NCBI RefSeq assembly: GCF_009914755.1
Contig: NC_060926.1
DNA from: the human T2T-CHM13v2.0 reference genome, Homo sapiens
Strand: one strand, 5' to 3'
Length of the DNA: 64,000 nucleotides
Positions 56,278 through 64,000 of the stretch are shown in pieces; within the stretch, counting starts at the first letter, position 1, and each line of letters opens with the position of its first letter. Below the pieces are notes generated by a model. It searched no databases. It was given only the letters and a program-made list of their open reading frames with translations, and was not told the origin of the DNA. The translations under genes and the position numbers were made by a program.

Positions 56278-56375
56278 TTTCATTCAACAAAGGTTTATTA
56301 AACACATACTCTGTGCTAGCCTAGTGCTAGGCCCTGGGGGAAAGAAAAATGAAGATGATACAGCCTTGCCCTCCA
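56278..56375 (-). mobile_element. L2 3' end
   Basis: ttcattcaacaaaggtttattaaacacatactctgtgctagcctagtgctaggccctgggg. Confidence 0.75.
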
Positions 56376-56580
56376 ATCCAGCATACACAGACGCAGGCCC
56401 CATTTTGGTGACTCTGAGATAGCAAGATTAGTCTACTGGAGCAATTAGAGTTAAAGGATAGCTACTTCTGATGGAAAGACATTGAGATGGAGTAGGGGAG
56501 TGAAAAACATAAGTAGGTATAACTAATTGGTAATTTTCTAATTATTTGGTTGGGCTCTGTCTCCATGGTGTTTATTAGTA

Positions 56581-56912
<332 letters not shown>

Positions 56913-57054
56913 CTAAAATTCTCACAAGGAAGTAGGGCAGCAGTGATGTAGTAGAGATTGATCCCTTGGAGAAAAAAGAAGGGATAGCAATCAGTGGAGA
57001 CAGCTATTACAAAATTTCTACTCAGAGTCAAGAATATCAGAGCTTCTTTACAAA

Positions 57055-57160
57055 AAATGTTTGTTCTATGAGGGCAGGTGATTTTTTTTTTTTATCACTG
57101 CTATCCCCAATGCCTTGTCGTACATAGTAGGTACTCAAAAATATTTCTCAAATGTTGACA
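57055..57160 (+). mobile_element. L2 3' end
   Basis: tatgagggcagg...cactgctatccccaatgcct...catagtaggtactcaaaaatattt. Confidence 0.7.
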
Positions 57161-57504
57161 TAGTATGTCATAAAACTCTTTAATCTTTATAAAGTCACAT
57201 CTTTAATTTCTTTGAAAAATTACAAAATAGGCCCCTGTACTAAGGAGTATATTGCTAAAATGGCAACATTTAGATTTTAAAGATCTCCTTTGGCTACTAG
57301 TAGTAATGTGATGAAATAGATAATACTGAATTTCCACTTCATATATAATGAGAAAGTCGAAAAATGCCTAAAATGTTCTTGTGAAGTACTTTAGAAACTC
57401 TTACAAATAGATTTTATTAAGATTATTGACAGCTTAAATTTATTCAAACTTTGGGTAAAACATTTAACACCTTATCTGACGAAGGTAATAATGTAACTTG
57501 GGAT

Positions 57505-57625
57505 GAATAAGCTATGGAGCTGGATGAATTCTTAGAGATTATCCAATCTAATCCTTATATTTTGTAAATTTGGAAACTGAAAAGGAAGATGGAAATTATG
57601 AATTCCCAAATTACACATATTCAAA
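57505..57625 (-). mobile_element. MIR fragment
   Basis: gagctggatgaattcttagagattatccaatctaatccttatattttgtaaatttggaaactga. Confidence 0.6.
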
Positions 57626-58109
57626 AGTGGGGAAAGCAAATTAATTGATCTATATATGTTTTTAATGGATCAGTTCTGAATCTCTAATAAGAAATATTAA
57701 GATGATATTTTTTGCTATAGCAATTATAAAATTTTAATCAGAGGTAAAATTTTTAGAAAATTAGAGACTTCTTAAAACATTTGCTGACATAAAGGGAGTT
57801 GATCGTATAACTTTAAAATATATTTATAATATTTTTTTCAAAATTAGTAATCTATTGAAATGTGGTTAAAAGATATGGTTAAAATTTCAAAAAATATTTA
57901 TTCGAACTATACTAAGGAAAATAATTTTATAATAAAAATATTTTCACAATGTCTAGATAGTTTCATTTATTAGCACATTTGAGTTGCTATTGGCTAATTT
58001 TTATACTAATAATGAATAAAAGGGTAAAATACCATGGTTATGTGGGATTTAGCCCAAAAATGAAAAGCTAATGTAACATTCAAAATCACTTGCTACAGTT
58101 TTCTGTATT

Positions 58110-59555
58110 TACAGAATAATTAGAAAAATAAAAGGATCATCTCAATTAATGCAGAAAAAGCAATTGACCAAATCCAACACACATTTATGAATTTTTTAAA
58201 AAATTTCATAAAACTGTCAGAAAACTGAAAATGGATGGAAGCATCCTCAATATTATAAAAGAAATCTGTGAAAGACCTGTAACTAATATGTAGGATGGTG
58301 AACTATTAGATGATTTTCCTAAGATTGGAGATGAAGCCCAGAGGCCCCCTTCCACCACTTCTATTCCCCCTTTTGTTGGAGACTCTAGCCAGTAATATTA
58401 GGAAAGAAGTAATAGTAAAAGGCCCACAGATTGGAAATGAAGAAAGAATAAAAACATAATTGTTTATTTAGAAAACCCTAAATAGTCTAAAGACTAACTT
58501 CTAAAATTAGTACATGAATTTGGCAAGGTAACAGTTGAAAAATTAGCATACAAAAATCAGTTATGATTATTGATGCCAAAAGCAAAGTTACAAAATGAAA
58601 TTTGAAGAAATAATTTATAATAATATCAAAGCAAAAGAAATCTAGAAAAAATAACAAAAATTGTAAAAGGCCTATAAACTGAAAACTAGAAAACGTTGCT
58701 GAATAGAATTAAGGAAGACCTAAATAAATGGTGTGATATATCATGTCTGTGGATTAGAAGACTTGTTATTGTTAAAATGTCAGCTCTCCCCCAAATTGAT
58801 CCACAGACTCAGCACAATCTCAATCATAACCCTAAAAGACTTTGTGGAAATTTATGAGTCTAAAATTTATGTGGAAATAAAAATGACCTGACCTAGAATA
58901 ACCAAAACATAGATACATACATCAGTGGAATATAATAGAGAATACAGAAATAGGCCTATACCTATATAGCCAATTGATTTTTACATAAGGTTCTAAGATA
59001 ATTCCACTGAGAAAAAGAACATATTTTCAAGAAATTGTTTCAAAGCAATTGGATAAGTTTATGAGAAAAAAAGAATCCCACCTTTGTACTGCACATCATA
59101 TTCAAAAACTAATTCAAAATGGATTATAAACCTAATTTTAAAAAACAACAGTATGAAGCTACTAGATGAACACATATAAATATATTTACAACTTTTTGGA
59201 TAGACAGGACACATATAACACAAACAATATAAGAACATAATAAGTAAATTGTTTTTTATCTAAATTTAAAACATCTGCTCTTTGAAAGACAACACTAAGT
59301 AAAATGTTGAAAAGTAAGCCACAAACTGAGAGTATTCTAAATACGTATTTCAGTCTAAAGACTCAATACATATATCAAACAAACGACTGGTATTCAGAAT
59401 ATTTAAAGAATTCCTGTAAATTTCTAAGAAAAACAGGAAAATAAAAAAGAGGTAGAGCAAAAGACTTGAACACACACTCTTATGAAAAGAGGAGCTTAAT
59501 ATCATGATTATGGTTTAGGGAAACAAAATGAAGATATTAGCATTTAGATATTGAC
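58110..59555 (+). mobile_element. Old L1 (L1MC/MD/ME-like) ORF2 fragment
   Basis: atcatctcaattaatgcagaaaaagcaattgaccaaatccaacac, gaagacctaaataaatgg...ggattagaagactt match L1 ORF2. Confidence 0.85.
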
Positions 59556-59574
59556 TAAATGTAATCTCAGTGTT

Positions 59575-59750
59575 CTGAGTAGCTGAGATTACAGGCATGT
59601 GCCACTATCCCGGCTCATTTTTGTATTTTTAGTAGAGATGGGGTTTCTCCATTTTGGCCCAGCTGGTCTCAAACTGCTGACCTCAAGTGATCCATCTGCC
59701 TCGGCTTCCCAAAGTGCTGGGATTACAGGTGTGAGCCATTGCCTCTGGTC
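59575..59750 (-). mobile_element. Alu fragment (left monomer plus start of right monomer; 3' part lost)
   Basis: ctgagtagctgagattacaggcatg...ttttgtatttttagtagag...gtgagccattgc. Confidence 0.93.
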
Positions 59751-59751
59751 C

Positions 59752-62700
59752 TTAACTTTTTCTTATAGATTCAGGGGGTACATGTGTAGGTTTCTTACCT
59801 GGATACATTGGGTGATGTAGAAGTTTAAGGTGCAAATTATCCCGTCACCCAGATACTGAACATAGTACCCAACACTTAGGTTAGTTTTTCAACACTTGAC
59901 TCTGTCTCTTCTCCCCCTCTAGTAGTCCCCAGTGTCTGTTATTGCCATCTTTATGTCCATGAGTACCCAACGTTTAGCTCTCCTTTTCAAGTGAGAACAT
60001 GCAGTGTTTGGTCTTCTGTTCCTGTATTAATTTGCTTAGGATAATTGTCTCCAGCTGCGTCCATGCAGCTGGCAATGGATATGATTTTGGTTTCTTTTAT
60101 GACTGCATAGTATTCCATGATGTTATGTACCACATTGTCTTTATCCAGTCCACCACTGATGGACACCTACGTTGATTTTATGTTTTGCTATTGTGAATAG
60201 TTCTGCGATGAACATGCAAGTGCATGGGTCTTTTTGGTAGAATGATTTGTTTTCTTTTGAGTGTATATCCAGTAATGGGATTGCTGGGTTGAATAGTAGT
60301 TCTGTTTTAAGTTTTTTGATAAATCTTCAAACTGCTTTCTACAGTGGCTGAACTACTTTACATTCCCACCAACAGTGTATATGCATTCCCTTTTCTCTAC
60401 AGTTATCACCAGCTCTGTTTTTTATCTTTTTAATAATAACCATTCTGACTGATGTAAGATGGTATCTCACTGGTTTTGATTTGCATTTCTCTGATGGTTA
60501 GTGATGTGGAGCATTTTTTCATGTTTGTTGGCTGCTTGTGTGTTTTCTTTTGAGCAGTTTATGTCTTTTGCCCATTTTTAGTGGGGTTATTAGTTTTTGC
60601 TTGTTTAAATGTTTAAGTTTGTTATAGATCTTAGAACTTTGTTGGATGCATAGTTTGCAAATATTTTCTCACATTCTGTAGGTTGTCTGTTTACTCTATT
60701 GATAGTTTCTTTTGCTGTGTAGGAGCACTTTAGTTTAATTAGGTTCCTCTTGTAAATATTTTTTTTTGTTGCAATTGCTTTTGAGGAGTTAGTCATAAAT
60801 TGTTTCCTCAAGGCCAATGTCTAGAATAGTGTTTTCTTCTAGAATTCTTATAGTTTGAGGTCTTAAATTTAAATCTTTAATTCATCTTGAGTTCATTTTT
60901 GGATATGGCGAAAGATAGGGGTCCAGTTTCATTCTACTGCATATGGCTTGCCAGCTATCCCAGCTCCATTTATTGAATAGAGAATCCTTTCCCCATTGCT
61001 TATTTTTTTGTCAACTTTGTTGAAGATTAGATGCCTGGAGGTGTGTGGCTTTACTTCTCTGGGTTCACTATTCTAGTCCATTAGTCTAGGTATCTGTTTT
61101 TGTGCCAGAACCATGCTGTTTTGGTTACTGTCGACTTATAGTATAGTTTGAAGTCAGGTAAAATGGTATGTCTGGCTTTGGTCTTTTGCTTAGGATTTTT
61201 GTGGCTATTTGGGCTCTTTTTTAGTTCCATATGAATTTTAGCATAGTTTTTTTTCCAATTCTGTGAAAAATGGCATTGGTAGTTTGATAGGAATAGCGTT
61301 GAATCTATAGATTGCTTTGGGAAGTATGGCCATTTTAATGATGTGATTCTTCCAATTCATGAGTATGGAGTGTTTTTCCATTTGTTTGTTTCATCTATGA
61401 TTTCCTTTAGCAGTATTTTATAGTTCTCCTTGTAGAGATCTATCACCTCCTTGGTTAGATATATTCCTAGGTATTTTTTTTGTGTGTGGCTATTGTAAAT
61501 GGGATTATGTTCTTGATTTGGCTCTTAGGTTGAATGTTATTGGTGTATAGAAATGCTACTGATTTTTGTACATAGATTTTTGTATCCTGAAACCTTGCTA
61601 AAAGTGTTTATCAGTTCTAATAGCCTTTTGGCAGAGTCCTTAGGGTTTTCTACATATAGAATCACATTGTTAGCAAAGAGAGATCAGTTGTCTTCTTCCT
61701 ATTGCGATGCCTTTTCTCTTGCCTGCTGCTCTGGCTAGTGCTTCCAGTACTGTGTTGAATAGGAGTGGTGAGAGGAGGCATCCTTGTCTTGTTTCATTTC
61801 TTAATTGTCCTTCCAGTTTTTGCCTGTTCAGTATGATGTTGCCTGTGGGTTTGTCATAGATGGCTCTTACTACTTTGAGGTATGTTCTTTCATTGCCTAG
61901 TTCTTTGAGGGATTTTATCTTAAAGAGATGTTGGATTTTATTAAAAGCTATTTCTGCATCTGTTGGGATGATCATATGTTTTTTCTTATTAATTTTGTTT
62001 ATGCAGTGAATTACATTTATTGATTTATATATGTCGAACCATTCTTGCATTGCAGGAATGAAACCTACTTGATCAGGGAATGAAATCTACTTGATCATTG
62101 TGAATTAACTTTTTGATGTGCTAATGGATTCAGATTGTTAGTATTTTGTTGAGGATCTTGTGGCTATGTTCATTAGGGAAACTGGCTTGTGGTTTTCTCT
62201 TTTTTGTTGTTTCTTTGCTAAGTTTTGTTGTCAGGGTGTTGCTGGCTTTGTAGAATAAGTTAGGGAGGAGTCCCTTCTCAATGTTTTGGAATAGTTTCTG
62301 TAGAATTGGTACCAGCTCTTCTTTGTGCATCTGGTACAATCAGCAGTGAATCCATCTGGTCCAGGGCTTTCTTGGGTTGGTAGGTTTTTTATTAGTGATT
62401 CAATTTCAAAAGTTGATATTGGCCTATTTAATGTTTTCATTTCTTCCTAACTAATCTTGGGAGGTTGTGTATTTTCAGAAATTTATCTGTTTCTTGTAGA
62501 TCTTCTAGTTTGTGTGTGTAGAGGTGTTCATAATAGTCTTTGAGGATCTTTTGAGTTTCTGTGAGATTCGTTGTAATATCACCTTTGTCATTTCTGATTG
62601 TGCCTATTTGGATCTTCTCTTTTTTTTACTTTGTTAACCTAGCTAGTGGTCTATCAATCTTGTTTATCCTTTCAAAAAACAAACTTTTGGTTTTATGGAT

Positions 62701-64000
62701 TCTTTGTATGGATTTGGAGGTTTCAATTTCATTTAGTTTTGCTCTGATTTTAGTTATTTCTTTTCTTCTGCTGGCGTTGAGATTAATTTGTTGTTTTTTG
62801 TAGTCCCTCTAGATGTGATGATAGATCATTAATTTGAGATCTTTCTAACTTTTTGAGGTAGGCACTTAGCGCTATAAACTTTGTTCTTAACACTGTTTTT
62901 GCTGCATCCCAGAGGTTTTCAAAATGTTGTGTCTCTGTTTTCTTTTATTTCAAAAAACTTTTATTTATTCCTTGATTTTGTTGTTTACCCAAGTCATTCA
63001 AGAACAGGTTGTTAAATTTCCATGTAATTTTGTGGTTTTGAGATATCTTGGTATTGATTTATATTTTCATTCCACTGTGGACTGATAGTATGGTTGGTAT
63101 AATTTTGATTTTTTTGAATTTATTGAAATTTGCTTTAATGGCCAAGTATGTGGTAGATCTTGGAGTATGTTCTGTGTGCAGATGAGAGGAATGTATATTG
63201 TGGTTGATGGGTAGATTATTCTGTAGATGTCTGTTAAGTCCAGTTGGTCAGGTGTTGAGTTTAAGTCCAGAATTTCTTTGTTTTGTGCCTCAGTAATCTG
63301 TCTACTGGTGTCATTGGGGTGTTGAAGTCCCCCACTATTATTGTGTGGCTAAGTCTTTTTGTAGGTCTAGAAGTACTTGTTTTATGAATCAGGGTGCTCT
63401 AATGTTCAGTGTGTATATATGTTGTATAGTTAACTCTTATTGTTAAATTGAACTCTTTATCATGATGTAATGCTCTTCTTTGTCCTTTTTTACTTTGGTT
63501 TAAAGTCTGTTTTATCTGACATAAAAACAGTGACCCCTGCCTTTTTTTGTTTTCTGTTTGTGGGGTAGATCTTTCTCCAGCCCTTTACTTTGAACCTATG
63601 GGTGTCGTTATATGTGAGATGGGACTCTTAAAGACAGCAGACAGGTAAGTCTTGTTTTTTAATTCAACTTGCCACTCTGTGCCTTTTAAGTGAGACATTT
63701 AGGTCATTTACAGTCAAGGTTAATATTAATATGTGAGGTTTTAATCCTATCATGAAGTTGTTAGTTGGCTGCTATGTAGTTTGTACTGTGTGGTTGCTTT
63801 ATAGTGTTTGTGGGCTATATACTTATTTGCTTTTCATGGTAACAGGTATTGTTCTTTGGTTTCCATGTTTAAAACTCCCTTAGGCATCCCTTGTAAGGCC
63901 AGTATGTTGGTAATAAATACTGTTAGCACTTGCTTGACTGGAAAAAGATTTTATTTCTCCTTCACTTATGATTCTTAGTTTGGCAGGATATGAAGTTCTT
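59752..64000 (-). mobile_element. Long degenerate L1 (L1PA15/16 or L1PB-like), continues beyond the window
   Basis: 3' end gattcagggggtacatgtgtagg...cccgtcaccca; ORF2 remnants (ORF 61670-62050 [12 protein letters not shown]; ORF 62231-62440 ESPGPDGFTA); reaches ORF1 near 63900. Confidence 0.93.
62055..62097. repeat. 22-bp tandem duplication inside L1 ORF2
   Basis: ggaatgaaa(c/t)ctacttgatca x2. Confidence 0.9.

Overview
This is primate (human-like) AT-rich, repeat-dense non-coding DNA, not prokaryotic. I see about 19 Alu copies or fragments, two long degenerate L1s (about 10.5-18.2 kb and 59.8-64 kb), several shorter L1/L2/MIR remnants, LTRs (MSTA, MER41B, MER57, MLT1, an ERVL-type LTR), DNA-transposon fossils (MER44, MER5) and microsatellites. 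I recognise no cellular protein-coding gene, RNA gene, CpG island or CRISPR array, and I cannot name the locus. The supplied ORFs are Alu/L1-derived or look like chance ORFs. The best lead is a hypothetical minus-strand spliced non-coding RNA driven by a 3'-truncated MER41B LTR, which keeps one canonical STAT GAS site and has a second site with STAT6-type spacing; a splice donor, a 190-nt exon and a polyadenylated terminal exon follow it. Other leads are a phase-compatible plus-strand exon pair at 3.7/4.55 kb, an RBFOX-motif cluster at 36.4-36.8 kb, inverted Alu clusters and a fold-back rearrangement junction at 59.56 kb. Repeat subfamily calls come from recalled consensus sequences, boundaries of old repeats are approximate, and all exon models are unverified.
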